DNA from: an uncultured bacterium
GTDB lineage: Bacteria > Chloroflexota > UBA5177 > JANWHV01
NCBI GenBank assembly: GCA_963729625.1
Contig: CAVSOU010000010.1
Span: 480,001 to 544,000 of the forward strand
Length of the DNA: 64,000 bases
Direction: 5' to 3'
The notes beneath the pieces are model-generated. The model was not told the origin of the DNA. It saw nothing but the letters and a program-made list of their open reading frames with translations, and did no database searches. Numbering within the stretch: position 1 is the first letter of the stretch; every line of letters starts with the position of its first letter. A program made the position numbers and the translations under genes. This document shows positions 20,815-31,398 of the stretch, one piece after another.

Positions 20815-21774
20815 GTGCAGCCATCCACGTTGGTCCGTGGCGGGGCACTATGCGGGTTTCTGTATACTGCCGTGACCATTGCGACCACACTCTACGTAGA
20901 GTCCCAGCCTGTTCCGCCTACCAAGAGCACGCTAACCAGCCAGCAGAATGACAGGATTCTGCTCAGCTGGGTCCACCAGAACGCCTCTTTGATGGACGTG
21001 TATGTACTTTCCGCGCTCGCGGGCTTCGTGTTGCTTGGCGGAGTTGCGTTCGCTCTGTACGTTATGCTGCGACGGCCGGGATCACGGATGCCCTTGATAA
21101 GCCTGCTCATGGGTGTTGTCGGCTTGTCGCTGAGCGTCGTCGCGGCTGCGTTCGAGCGGCTTGACTATGTGCAGAAGGCCCAACAGTTCGCCAACGCGCA
21201 CGGCTCTGCCGCGGCCAACGCCGTCGTTTCTCCCGCGGTGAAAGCCATTGTGAAGTCCTTTGAGAGCAGCGCCGGCCGAGACTATGCAATTGATACGTCC
21301 GGCCGATTTGCCGTTGTGTTCTGGATCGGCATGATCGGCATTTCATTGATGGCGTTGTACGGCTGGAAGAGTACGCCCGCCCTCGGCTCGTTTGCCACCT
21401 TCTGTGTCGGCGTGCTAGGGTTTACGCCTGTGTTCGCTCTGTGGTCGGCAGGTGCTGGTTTTGGCCTTTGGAGGATCGCGATGCACGGCATGCCGGAGCC
21501 TCCGGTTCGTCGCGACGAGCCGGCTCGCGCCACTCCTCCGGTGCATGCGAGGAGCACTTGGCTATCTCGGGTGCGGCCGCAGCCGCCTGGACCGATCGAC
21601 GTGGAAGCCGTAGATCTTGACGAGGCGCCGCCAAGCAGGATTGTCGTTGCGAGCGAGCCCGAACCTGCACCAGCTGCAATGGCCTCTCGCCCGCCGCGCG
21701 GCACGTCGATTCCCAGGAGCGCTCCCGCACAAGCAAAGGGCAGTAAATCGTCGCGGCCGCGAAAGCGCCGCTGA
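20815..21774 (+). CDS. Hypothetical multi-pass membrane protein (DUF4386-like) with Pro/Arg-rich tail
   Basis: About six hydrophobic segments; AGGAGG upstream of GTG. Confidence 0.65.
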   Translation: MQPSTLVRGGALCGFLYTAVTIATTLYVESQPVPPTKSTLTSQQNDRILLSWVHQNASLMDVYVLSALAGFVLLGGVAFALYVMLRRPGSRMPLISLLMGVVGLSLSVVAAAFERLDYVQKAQQFANAHGSAAANAVVSPAVKAIVKSFESSAGRDYAIDTSGRFAVVFWIGMIGISLMALYGWKSTPALGSFATFCVGVLGFTPVFALWSAGAGFGLWRIAMHGMPEPPVRRDEPARATPPVHARSTWLSRVRPQPPGPIDVEAVDLDEAPPSRIVVASEPEPAPAAMASRPPRGTSIPRSAPAQAKGSKSSRPRKRR

Positions 21775-21874
21775 CGGACAGTCTGCCCGTCATTGCCAGG
21801 GCGTGACGGCACCGCTGTCCGCTTGGGCCAGACCTTTCGAAACGCGCGCTGTGCCGCGGTAGAGGACGCTATCA

Positions 21875-22243
21875 ATGGCAGACGAGCCAGTTCGCAAGAA
21901 GATCGTACTCGACCTGGACTTCTTTGGCCCTCCCGAGCAGCCAAAACCGGGACGGGTGCGTATCTCGCCGGGTGGAATGACGATCGACCTCGAACCAGGG
22001 GAAAGCATCTTCGACGGGGCAACGCGGAACGGAATCGCCATACCAACCGTGTGCGGAGGAAAAGGCACGTGCGGCACGTGTCGCGTCCTCTTTACCACGC
22101 CGCCTCGCGAGCCGACGATACTGGAGCGACAGTTCATCGATCGCGCTGACCTCGGTCGCGGTGTGCGGCTCGCGTGTCGCTCCCGGCCGAATGCAGATGT
22201 CGCCGTGACCATCTTGCCCGAACGGCGCCATTCCAGGCGCTGA
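21875..22243 (+). CDS. 2Fe-2S ferredoxin-domain protein
   Basis: CGGKGTCGTC...RLAC; GAGG RBS. Confidence 0.85.
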   Translation: MADEPVRKKIVLDLDFFGPPEQPKPGRVRISPGGMTIDLEPGESIFDGATRNGIAIPTVCGGKGTCGTCRVLFTTPPREPTILERQFIDRADLGRGVRLACRSRPNADVAVTILPERRHSRR

Positions 22244-22406
22244 AGAGCCAACCACAAGCTGGCGACCGCCGCCCTGCGCCACTCAGCGCTCGCCAATGCG
22301 CACTGTGCTCGCCCGTACACGATTGGGCGCAACTGTGCCACCTAACCGCAGCTTTGTCCGGCAGGAATCATGCTGCGTACAAGTATGCTCAGCATGCTCG
22401 TGCCAC

Positions 22407-22450
22407 TTGACGCGCGTCCCTACATCGGCGATAATTAGTACATAAGTTCT
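22407..22450 (+). promoter_or_regulatory. Sigma70 promoter with putative LexA (SOS) operator
   Basis: TTGACG(22407)-17 bp-GATAAT(22430), then AGTAC-ATAA-GTTCT (22437-22450) over the predicted start site. Confidence 0.6.
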
Positions 22451-22473
22451 AGTAATTCGAAGGGTGAGCGTGG

Positions 22474-23127
22474 GTGAAGAGAGAGTTTATCGTCAACCGG
22501 CAGGGCAGAGACTTCGTGTTATATGCAGGCCTGCTCGATCAGGCCCATCGCGAAGGGCTGAAGCGTATCACTACCGCACTTGTACAGGCACCTTCCGGCG
22601 AGAATGGCCAAATGGCGATATGCAGGGCTGAGGTGGAAACGGAGCGAGGTGTCTTCTCTGGAATAGGCGACGCGTGCCCCGACAACGTCGGACGCATGAT
22701 CGCAATGCATACAATCAGGATGGCCGAGACCCGGGCGAAAGCGCGAGCGCTGCGCGATGCCATCAATGTGGGCGTGGCCTCGTTCGAAGAGCTGGGCGAT
22801 ATAGATGAGGATCCTGGTGAGACGGGCGGTGGCGCTTCGCAGGCGCATTCGACACGCCCGATGAACGCAGGCCGTCCGGCACCGCAAGCGGTCCCGGACG
22901 TTACTGCCACGCGAAGCGTGATCGCGTCGTCAGACGCTGAAAACGGTGCCGAGTCACGTGCAACACAGCAGCAGATTGATAGGCTGCATAAGCTGCAAGC
23001 TGCCGTCGGTCGCCCCTCCATCGTCAGCAACGACCTCAGTGCCGAAGCTGCTGCTCGCCAGATCACAGAATTGGTGCGAGTGTTTAACGCTCAATCGAGA
23101 GGGCCCGCAAAGTTCGGAAGCCGCTAG
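22474..23127 (+). CDS. Putative Rad52/Sak-like single-strand annealing protein
   Basis: YAGLL..AH, C.AEV...G.FSGIGDA, MAETRAKARALRDA.NVG, disordered linker, C-terminal ATQQQ..L...LS...A..I..L motif. Confidence 0.6.
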   Translation: MKREFIVNRQGRDFVLYAGLLDQAHREGLKRITTALVQAPSGENGQMAICRAEVETERGVFSGIGDACPDNVGRMIAMHTIRMAETRAKARALRDAINVGVASFEELGDIDEDPGETGGGASQAHSTRPMNAGRPAPQAVPDVTATRSVIASSDAENGAESRATQQQIDRLHKLQAAVGRPSIVSNDLSAEAAARQITELVRVFNAQSRGPAKFGSR

Positions 23128-23538
23128 GATCTGCAGAGCCGTCCGATGCTCAGGCGGTTCAACGACCTGGCGCCGCGTCTACCTTCCCCCCACTGGACAT
23201 GCAGAGTAATGCTGCTTGAGGAGATCCGATCCCGTGTATCGAAAGCCTGTGCCACCGCTCGGTCATGTTCCGGCCGCCAAATTCTCGCCAACACCGATGA
23301 GCTTGCAGCGCTCCGCTGCCGGGCAGCGAGGCCCCCCCTGGAGCCCTGCCTGCGACCGGCCATGCGGGCGCTGAGATTCTTCGCAGAATGAGAACCAGAA
23401 AGGCGTTCAGCGAGAATCGCGCGCGACACGGATGGCCGAAAGCGACAGGCCTGGTATGCTGTGTGCGAGGGGTAACTGCCCAGTGGCGCCCGTCCGTCAG
23501 CTGTCGACGACGCACCAAGATCAGCCAGCAGCAGGAAT

Positions 23539-24015
23539 ATGGCCAGCAAACGACATAAGAACGGGCGATCGCGCGGCGAGGATGTCGTGCGGATCGAACG
23601 ACTGCCCGACCGCGAGCTTCAGAACGAATGGGAAGGCCTCTTCGTTCCCTATATCTACTGCCCAGGGTGTCGGCACACTTACTCCCCTGACGAGCTCAAC
23701 CGCTTCGACCGTGACGACCCACTTCCATTGCCCGCGCTGAATGACGAAGGCAAACCCGAGGGAGCGCAGGACCTCGATATTGGGTGTAGCCGATGCCGCC
23801 GGTCACGCCTCGTTCGTGTGCTCGTGGATTTCGGCGCCGTCGAGCCGTATCGACTCGGCGATCGGCGGGCGGAAGATGACAGTCAGGTCTACTACCTGTG
23901 CACGTGCCCGCTGTGTGGTAGCCTTTGTCAGGTTCGCCGCAGTCGTGGACTGCGCATGGGCGAGGACTGGTATTGCCAGTCCTGCGAGCTGAGCCTTCAG
24001 CGACGCTGGAGCTGA
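23539..24015 (+). CDS. Hypothetical multi-zinc-ribbon protein
   Basis: CPGC, CSRC, CTCPLC and CQSC motifs; AGGA RBS; TGGTATGCT extended -10 at 23452. Confidence 0.7.
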   Translation: MASKRHKNGRSRGEDVVRIERLPDRELQNEWEGLFVPYIYCPGCRHTYSPDELNRFDRDDPLPLPALNDEGKPEGAQDLDIGCSRCRRSRLVRVLVDFGAVEPYRLGDRRAEDDSQVYYLCTCPLCGSLCQVRRSRGLRMGEDWYCQSCELSLQRRWS

Positions 24016-24138
24016 CTTGCGCTTGCGCCGTATGCCCTCCGGCTCATACACTGCCGGATGAGGGGCGGGCGTGGCGGCTCTGCCCCGTTTCGGGCTTTCC
24101 AGCCCAGCAGGTTGCCGCGCACCGAAGGAGCAGCTGAG

Positions 24139-25068
24139 GTGGTTTTCTCTGTCGAGAACTGGCGTCGCACGCTGGAGACCGATCTTGCGGTGGTGCAAAG
24201 CTTTGGCGCGTTTTCACCCGGCGGACGATACCTTGCCGCCGCGGATGCCAATACCATCGAGGTGCGCGACGCGCTCGCAGGTTCCATCGTGGCAACGGTC
24301 GAGATGCTCGGCGTTACGTCACTCGCTGTGAGCCCTGACGGCAGCCTTTTTGTGGCCGCCGACGACGACGGTCTCGTGGGTGTCTGGGCGTTGTCGCCAC
24401 TGCATTCTCTCTGGAGCGCGCGGCTCGAGCTGCCGTCACCAGCGTACGCTCAGGTCGTCTACGATGTTCAGTTCGCATCGAACAACTTGCTTGCCGTAGC
24501 AAGCAAGCCCGCCGGCGTGAACAATACGCTCGTTGAGATGTGGCCGATGTCTACTGGCGGCATAGAGCGCCCGCGACCAACTTGGCAGAGCGTCATGCTG
24601 AACAGCGATTACGCTGCTTTTAGCCCGAGTCCCGATGGCTCACGTGTCATTCTGGTCACTGAAGATGGCTACTGGGTGATGCTGCCAAATCATGAACGGC
24701 TCTACATTGACGGCTTCTTCGACTCCGGCGAGAATGCCGTCATTGGATTCTCGCCAGACGGCGCGCACGCGGCCGGCATCGAACCTGAAGGCGGCTGGAT
24801 ATACGATGTTTCCACACACGCGATGCGAGAGATAGACGATCTCGGCATGCTCGAAGAGACGTCGGATGTCTGCTGGTCGCCTGACGGAAATATGGTGCTG
24901 ATCACGAGTGAGGATGGCCTGTCGATCTGTACCAAGCAGGCTGAAGGTTTCGCCTACCAGGGCGTCATCGACGGCAGTGCTGGGTTCGAGGCAGCAGCGT
25001 TCGTCGATTCGTCTACTGTGGTGGCTAAGCGCGGCGACTCTTTGATTTTGCTTCAGGCGGCAAACTAG
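24139..25068 (+). CDS. WD40/beta-propeller repeat protein
   Basis: Repeated FSPGG, VSPDG, FSPDG, WSPDG blades; AAGGAG before GTG 24139. Confidence 0.8.
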   Translation: MVFSVENWRRTLETDLAVVQSFGAFSPGGRYLAAADANTIEVRDALAGSIVATVEMLGVTSLAVSPDGSLFVAADDDGLVGVWALSPLHSLWSARLELPSPAYAQVVYDVQFASNNLLAVASKPAGVNNTLVEMWPMSTGGIERPRPTWQSVMLNSDYAAFSPSPDGSRVILVTEDGYWVMLPNHERLYIDGFFDSGENAVIGFSPDGAHAAGIEPEGGWIYDVSTHAMREIDDLGMLEETSDVCWSPDGNMVLITSEDGLSICTKQAEGFAYQGVIDGSAGFEAAAFVDSSTVVAKRGDSLILLQAAN

Positions 25069-25084
25069 GTGGAGGATCAGCATA

Positions 25085-26509
25085 GTGATCTCTGATACTG
25101 CGTATGACGTTGTGGTTGTGGGCGGAGGACCTGGCGGCTACGTTGCGGCGATTCGCGCATCACAGCTTGGCCTGCGCACGGCGCTGATCGAACGCGAGTC
25201 CCTGGGCGGTATCTGTCTTAACTGGGGCTGCATTCCCAGTAAAGCCCTGCTTCGCAACGCGGAAGTGCTCTCGCTGATTCATAGCGCCAAGGATTTCGGT
25301 ATCACCGTCGGCAATGTGTCGGCGGATTATGCCGCGGCCATGCGGCGCTGTAAGTCTGTTGTGGACAAGCAAGTCAAGGGCGTCGGGTTCCTCATGCGGA
25401 AGAACAATATCGCAGTGCATACCGGCACTGGAAGGCTACAGGGCGCCGATACCGTGAGCGTCACGGACGCTGGCGGGGTCCAGTCGACCTTGCGGAGCAA
25501 GAGCACGATCCTTGCCACGGGTTCTCGCGTGCGCCTGATCGGCGGCGTGGCGATCGACGGCAAGGTCGTCGCGAGCAGTCGCGAGATCTGGTCGCTGGAC
25601 CGACTTCCCGAACGCGTGATTATCCTTGGGGGCGGAGCCATCGGCGTGGAATTCGCCACCGCGCTTCACGCCTATGGAACCGCGGTGACGATTGTCGAGA
25701 TGCTTCCCCGCTTGATACCGCTCGAGGACAAGGACATGTCCGACGGCCTCGCTCGTTCCTTCACCAAGCGCGGCATCAAGGTGCTGACGGGCATGAAAGT
25801 GGATAGAGTTGAAGTGCAGGGAGATATGGCCCGTGTGTTCGTCGGTCCCACGGCAGGCGGCACCGACGACACCCAGGTGCTCGAGGCGGACCGCGTGCTC
25901 TATGCGGTCGGTTTCCAACCGAACACGGAGGACCTGGGGTTGGAAGCTGCAGGCGTGGCTATGGACCGCGGTTACATCAAGGTGAACGCTCGGATGGAAA
26001 CCAACGTACCGGGCGTGTACGCCATTGGAGATGTCGCGGTGCAGGAGAACAGCCCCAAACTGAGTCTCGCTCATGTTGCTTCGGCCATGGGCGAAGTCGC
26101 CGCGGAAGTCATCGCCGGGCATCCGACCATCAAGCTAGACATGAATTCGATGCCGCGCTGCACCTTCAGCGCTCCGCAGGTGGCCAGCATAGGCTTGACT
26201 GAGGAGCAAGCACGCGCGCTGGGCGACGTCCACGTGGGCTCATTCCCGTTCAGACCCAACGGCAAAGCCTCCGCCATGGGTGAGACCGAAGGGCAGATCA
26301 AGATAATCGGGGACGCCCGGACAGGCGAGATCCTTGGCGCGCACCTGCTGGGGCCGGATGTAACCGAGCTGATCGGCGAGTTCAGTCTTGCGCGCTTCCT
26401 GGAAGCGACGCCCGAAGAGCTCGCGCGCTCGGTCCATCCGCATCCGACGTTATCGGAAGTAATCGCCGAGGCGGCGCTGGCCGTTGACGGAAAGCCAATT
26501 CACATGTGA
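25085..26509 (+). CDS. lpdA: Dihydrolipoamide dehydrogenase
   Basis: GGGPGG, GGICLNWGCIPSK, GGGAIG.E, HPHPTLSE. Confidence 0.96.
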   Translation: MISDTAYDVVVVGGGPGGYVAAIRASQLGLRTALIERESLGGICLNWGCIPSKALLRNAEVLSLIHSAKDFGITVGNVSADYAAAMRRCKSVVDKQVKGVGFLMRKNNIAVHTGTGRLQGADTVSVTDAGGVQSTLRSKSTILATGSRVRLIGGVAIDGKVVASSREIWSLDRLPERVIILGGGAIGVEFATALHAYGTAVTIVEMLPRLIPLEDKDMSDGLARSFTKRGIKVLTGMKVDRVEVQGDMARVFVGPTAGGTDDTQVLEADRVLYAVGFQPNTEDLGLEAAGVAMDRGYIKVNARMETNVPGVYAIGDVAVQENSPKLSLAHVASAMGEVAAEVIAGHPTIKLDMNSMPRCTFSAPQVASIGLTEEQARALGDVHVGSFPFRPNGKASAMGETEGQIKIIGDARTGEILGAHLLGPDVTELIGEFSLARFLEATPEELARSVHPHPTLSEVIAEAALAVDGKPIHM

Positions 26510-26555
26510 GCGCGTCGAGCACGATGTCGCACCGAAGGGAACGGACTGGCGGCAG

Positions 26556-27218
26556 ATGAGCGTGATGGAGGTCGGCGAAGACATCAAACGGCGAGTGCCG
26601 ATCATCTTGCATAAGCTCCGAGAGGCATATCCGGATGCGGAGTGCTCGTTGCACTTCTCGACGCCACTCGAGTTGTTGATCGCGACGATTCTGGCCGCGC
26701 AGTGTACCGATGAGCGCGTGAACGTGGTCACCCCTGCGCTGTTCGAACAGTACCCCACAGCCGCGGACTATGTGGCCGCGCCTATCGAGGATCTCGAGAG
26801 GGCCGTCCGCAGCACAGGGTTTTTCCGCAACAAGGCGAAGAATATACAGGCGGCCTGCCGCATGATCGTACTGGAGTTCGACGGGCGCGTGCCACGTACT
26901 ATGAACGAGCTGCTGCGATTGCCGGGCGTCGCCCGCAAGACCGCCAATGTTGTGCTTGGAAACGCCTTCGGCATCGTGGAAGGCGTGGTCGTGGATACGC
27001 ACGCCGGCCGCATCAGCAGGAGGCTTGGATTCACCAAGCACGAAGACCCGGTCAAGGTCGAGTCCGACCTAATGGCAGTCCTGCCGAGGACATCCTGGCT
27101 CGACTACAATCACGAGGCAGTTTTCCACGGCCGCGCCGTGTGCACGTCCCAACGACCGAAGTGCGGCCGCTGCACGATCTCGCCGGAGTGCCCCAGCGCC
27201 GAGTTCCCCCCGGGATGA
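26556..27218 (+). CDS. nth: Endonuclease III
   Basis: AQCTDERVN, LPGVARKTANVV, VDTH, C-x6-C-x2-C-x5-C 4Fe-4S motif. Confidence 0.96.
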   Translation: MSVMEVGEDIKRRVPIILHKLREAYPDAECSLHFSTPLELLIATILAAQCTDERVNVVTPALFEQYPTAADYVAAPIEDLERAVRSTGFFRNKAKNIQAACRMIVLEFDGRVPRTMNELLRLPGVARKTANVVLGNAFGIVEGVVVDTHAGRISRRLGFTKHEDPVKVESDLMAVLPRTSWLDYNHEAVFHGRAVCTSQRPKCGRCTISPECPSAEFPPG

Positions 27219-28140
27219 GGCCCGCCGAAAGAGGCGATCCGCCCGCCGGGTTGCCGGAAGACCTGGACCCACCGGCGTCGATGCCGGCGGGTGTCTCCGG
27301 CGGATTAGATGCAAGGAAAGCGGCTGGCGCCTCGCCCGTACCTTCGCCACGGACCGAGACTGCGGACGATGCATCGGCGCCGCCGGCATCCAGCAACGAA
27401 CGCATCCTGGTATCCGCTATGGTTAGCGTCGTAGCACTCTTCTTCTCGCTCACGCCATGGCCGTTCATGGAGAAGCTGCGGTCAATCGGCCACGCCTGCT
27501 GCGCCCAGATCCCGAGCCATACTGTTCGATTCGCGGGTCAGCCATGCCTATCGATGCGCGCAACACCGGAATCTACACGGCAGTATTCGTGACGATCGCG
27601 ATGTTGTGGCTGACCGGCAGGCGTAAGGCAGCGCTTTTCGTGAGTCCGCCTATCGGCGTGGTGCTGATGGCCTGTGTCCTGGCTATGATCTTCGACGGCT
27701 TTAACTCGGTCGCGGAGACGCACCACTTTCATACGTTCTATGCGGATAGCAACAACTTGCGCGTCGTTACCGGTACTTTGGCCGGAACAGCCCTGACAAT
27801 ACTCACACTCCCTTTGTTCAACCTTCTCGTCTGGCGGGACCCCGAACCCATCGCAATAGCTGAGGACTTCGGCGAGCTGGCTGGATACATTGTCGCGGCG
27901 TGCGTGATCATCATGACGCTCACCCGAGCCCCTGCATCTCTGTACTACCCCATGTCGATCCTGAGTATTGCTGGGCTTCTGATAACCGTCTCCTTTGTCA
28001 ACGCCTGTATTGGGATAGTGGTATTGCGGCGCCGCAACCAGGTCGATACGCTCAAAGAGTTCGTTGTTCCCGCGCTGGCTGGGTTGGTCGTCACCTGCTT
28101 TGAGTGCGTAGCCATCGCATACTGGTTGACGCGGCACTGA
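27215..28140 (+). pseudogene. DUF2085-family membrane protein split by a 1-nt frameshift near 27543 (pseudogene or sequence error)
   Basis: CAQIPSH...GQ lies in one frame and MPIDARNTGIY in the adjacent frame; together they give the DUF2085-type C.Q.P....G..P..AR..GIY motif. Confidence 0.7.
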
Positions 28141-28279
28141 GCTCACGACGCGGCGTGCCGTCGAGGACGAAATTCAGGTAGGCACGGCTAGCGAGGAGTG
28201 GGTGCCGACACCGTTCGCGTGGTATCCTGTCAGAGTTGCGCACGCGGCGCCCCCATTTCCGCCTTCCGGAGGATATCGT

Positions 28280-29731
28280 ATGGCCACCTTCCGAGCTCAG
28301 GGCTTGACCTATGATGACGTGCTGTTGATGCCCAAGCGCAGCGGCATCGCATCGCGCCGCAACGTGAGCACCGCCGCTCAACTATCGCGCGGCCTGAGCC
28401 TGGACATTCCGATAGTAAGCGCAAACATGGATACCGTCACTGAGGCCCCAATGGCAATTGCTATGGCCAGGCAGGGTGGCATCGGCATCATCCATCGCTT
28501 CATGTCCATCGAACACGAAGTGCGTGAGATTCATCAAGTCAAGCGCGCGCAGGGCGCCGTGGTCGAGCAACCATACACGATCCTGGCCAATCAAACCCTG
28601 GCTGAAGCGCGCCGGCTCATGAGCGAGAACAGCGTTACTGGCCTGCTGGTGCTTGACGATCGCGAGCACCTCGTGGGCATACTCACGGCCCGCGATGTGC
28701 GTTTCGCGACCGACGCCACGATCCTGATCGGTTCGCTGATGACGCCACAGGAACGTCTGGTCACCGCGCGTCCCGGGATCGAATCCGATCGAGCACGCGC
28801 GATTCTCGACGAGCACAAGATTGAGAAGCTTCCCCTCGTCGACGAAAGCGGCAAGCTGCGCGGCCTGATCACCAGCCGGGATCTCATGCAAACGAACCGG
28901 TTTGGTGTCTCGGCGCGTGATTCAAAGGGTCGACTCCTCGTCGGAGCCGCCATAGGCGTGGTCGGCGACTATCTGGAGCGAGCACAAGCGTTGCACAGTG
29001 CAGGCGCGGACACGCTGGTTATTGATATTGCACACGGCCATTCCGATAACGTCATCAATGCGATTCGGGCAATCAAGCGGTCCATGTCTGACGTGAATCT
29101 GATCGCCGGCAACGTGGCCACGGCCGAGGGAACACGCGACCTGATCGCGGAGGGGGTTGACGCCGTGAAAGTGGGCGTGGGACCGGGTTCGATTTGCACC
29201 ACGCGCATTGTCACCGGCTTCGGCGTTCCGCAGCTAACGGCCGTGCTGGAGTGCGCCGCGGAGTCGGCGAAACATGGCATTCCCGTTATCGCCGACGGCG
29301 GTGTCAAGGCTTCCGGCGACATCACAAAGGCGCTGGCCGCGGGCGCAGGTACGGTGATGATCGGCAATCTGCTTGCCGGCACCCGTGAGAGCCCGGGCTA
29401 CACGGTGCTGCGCAATGGGCAGCGCTTCAAGATCAGTCGTGGCATGGCCTCACTGAGCGCGACTATCGGGCGGCACGAGCGCGAGGCGCCCGAACAGCAG
29501 GTCGGCGATGAGGGCTTCAACGAGGTCGTACCCGAAGGCGTGGAGGCAGTCGTGCCATTCCGCGGCGACGTAACCGACGTCATCTATCAACTGGTGGGCG
29601 GCGTCCGTTCTGGAATGAGCTACTGCGGCGCGCACACGCTTCCCGAGCTGCGGGAGAACGCCGAATTCGTTCCGATCACGGGAGCGGGCATGCGTGAGAG
29701 CATGCCACATGATGTGCACGTTCTGGCTTGA
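28280..29731 (+). CDS. guaB: IMP dehydrogenase (with CBS pair)
   Basis: [44 protein letters not shown]; GGAGG RBS. Confidence 0.95.
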   Translation: MATFRAQGLTYDDVLLMPKRSGIASRRNVSTAAQLSRGLSLDIPIVSANMDTVTEAPMAIAMARQGGIGIIHRFMSIEHEVREIHQVKRAQGAVVEQPYTILANQTLAEARRLMSENSVTGLLVLDDREHLVGILTARDVRFATDATILIGSLMTPQERLVTARPGIESDRARAILDEHKIEKLPLVDESGKLRGLITSRDLMQTNRFGVSARDSKGRLLVGAAIGVVGDYLERAQALHSAGADTLVIDIAHGHSDNVINAIRAIKRSMSDVNLIAGNVATAEGTRDLIAEGVDAVKVGVGPGSICTTRIVTGFGVPQLTAVLECAAESAKHGIPVIADGGVKASGDITKALAAGAGTVMIGNLLAGTRESPGYTVLRNGQRFKISRGMASLSATIGRHEREAPEQQVGDEGFNEVVPEGVEAVVPFRGDVTDVIYQLVGGVRSGMSYCGAHTLPELRENAEFVPITGAGMRESMPHDVHVLA

Positions 29732-29957
29732 ATCGAAAGGCAAAGGTGCTGGGAACGATTACGTGCGCCGCTGACGGCGGCGCACGCTGGCGTGTGTTCG
29801 AAGCGCCAGGGTAACGCTTCCTCGGCAATCTATTGCGATGGCTTTTCCCGGGTACGCATGCCGGTTCTGCACGCATGTTCATAGGATCGGTGCGAGCATT
29901 TGTGGCCTCCCACGGCAACTCCCTCGAACAACTGTCAGCCACGAATCAGGCGAATAT

Positions 29958-31397
29958 TCAGAATCGTGCCGTGCCCGATCGATTTAGTGATTCCAGGAGC
30001 GCCACCGCTTCGTTCACGGAAATCTTGCCGGCCTGCAGATTCTCGAGAATCGCCAGTCGAGGATTGCCACCCGAGAACTCAGGTGATGGGCCCGCGTCCG
30101 GCGAAGTCATCGGAGTCTGTTTGCTCGGCGCCACCTCCGAGAAAGGCGCGTTCGGCGCCGGGAACTCCGCGGAAGCCTGGGCAGGGACATGGAACTCAGA
30201 CGCGCCTGGAGGAAACGCTGGATTGGGCGCCGAGAACGGTCTGGGAGGCTGCGGCGCTACGGGGAACTGTGGCGCGCTGGGTTTGTTGGGCGGCTCCGGC
30301 GATGGCTGCTGGGAGAACCATGCAGCGCTAGGGCTGCCGTCTGCGTTCGCCGAATGCTTCTTAATCGAGATATCGCCGCTGCCGGTGCGCAGCTCGACGT
30401 CGATTGAGCTGTTCCCGATGTTTCCCACGTAGCGGCCACCGTTTCCCGCGTATCGTCCCTGCTTGCCGACGCCGACGAGTGGATACTCTGACTTGACCTC
30501 GCCATTTCGAGTGATGACCTGCAGACGCGCGCCCGGAGGATCCGCGATGGCGACCGTGAGGTCTCCGTGACCCGTGGAAAGCTGGTGGCGCGGCCCGCTC
30601 AGCAAGCTCAAGCAGTCAATATCTCCAGACCCAGAATGCACCGAGAGCCGATGAAGCGAGCCGCGATCCACTGCGATATCGCCAGCGCCGGTCACGACCT
30701 CCAACGACGCTTCACCTCCGATCCGAATATCGACGTCTCCTGCTCCGGACCGCACGTTCCACGCACCGGCGATATCGTCAGCTCTGATGTCGCCTGAGCC
30801 GGTCTGCACTGCGCCGCCTTCATCGCAACCCTTGATCGCTGCATCGCCGGCCCCGGTGTGTGCCGTGATCGGCCCGGCAAAGCGGTCGACACTCAAGTCG
30901 CCCATACCGGTAGACGCTTGCAGGCTTCCAGCGCCTCCCTTGACCTCAATCTCGCCCTTACTCGTGTGCACCGTGCAGTTGCCTGAAAGGTCCTCCACCA
31001 GGACATCGCCCATGCCAGTGGATACGACCAGATCGGGCAGCTCAAGCGTCGCGGGAACGCCGACGTGCAGGTGGGCCGAGCCGAAGCCGCTGAAGTTGAT
31101 ATCGACTGCGAGTATCGATTCTACCGCGCTGCTCACCATCTCCCCGATTGCCGCACCGAAGTTCGAACCCTCCGCGGAGAACATGAGCGGCGGTTTGACT
31201 CGAGACCGAGGTCGCTGACCAGATCCTCCGGATCGTATATGCACGGCGTTCGCCTCACGCTCGACCGATATCGGGCTATCGGATTCGACCAGAATAGAGT
31301 CGCCCCCAATGCGGCGGACGTCAACGTCCCCCCGGGGAACGCGCACCTCCAGGCGACGGACACCATCGATCAAGATCGACTCATTGAACTCGCTCAT
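29958..31397 (-). CDS. DUF4097 beta-strand-repeat protein with Pro-rich linker and C-terminal SHOCT-like domain
   Basis: Repeated TG.GD(I/L/V) units; IL..L..GKISV.EA..LLE.L tail. Confidence 0.8.
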   Translation of the reverse strand: MSEFNESILIDGVRRLEVRVPRGDVDVRRIGGDSILVESDSPISVEREANAVHIRSGGSGQRPRSRVKPPLMFSAEGSNFGAAIGEMVSSAVESILAVDINFSGFGSAHLHVGVPATLELPDLVVSTGMGDVLVEDLSGNCTVHTSKGEIEVKGGAGSLQASTGMGDLSVDRFAGPITAHTGAGDAAIKGCDEGGAVQTGSGDIRADDIAGAWNVRSGAGDVDIRIGGEASLEVVTGAGDIAVDRGSLHRLSVHSGSGDIDCLSLLSGPRHQLSTGHGDLTVAIADPPGARLQVITRNGEVKSEYPLVGVGKQGRYAGNGGRYVGNIGNSSIDVELRTGSGDISIKKHSANADGSPSAAWFSQQPSPEPPNKPSAPQFPVAPQPPRPFSAPNPAFPPGASEFHVPAQASAEFPAPNAPFSEVAPSKQTPMTSPDAGPSPEFSGGNPRLAILENLQAGKISVNEAVALLESLNRSGTARF

Positions 31398-31398
31398 C

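Noticed and set aside
23128-23538. ORFs in the 410-bp gap after the annealing-protein gene, and in 46618-47053
   Set aside because: No RBS, motif or protein-like composition; no RNA family recognised
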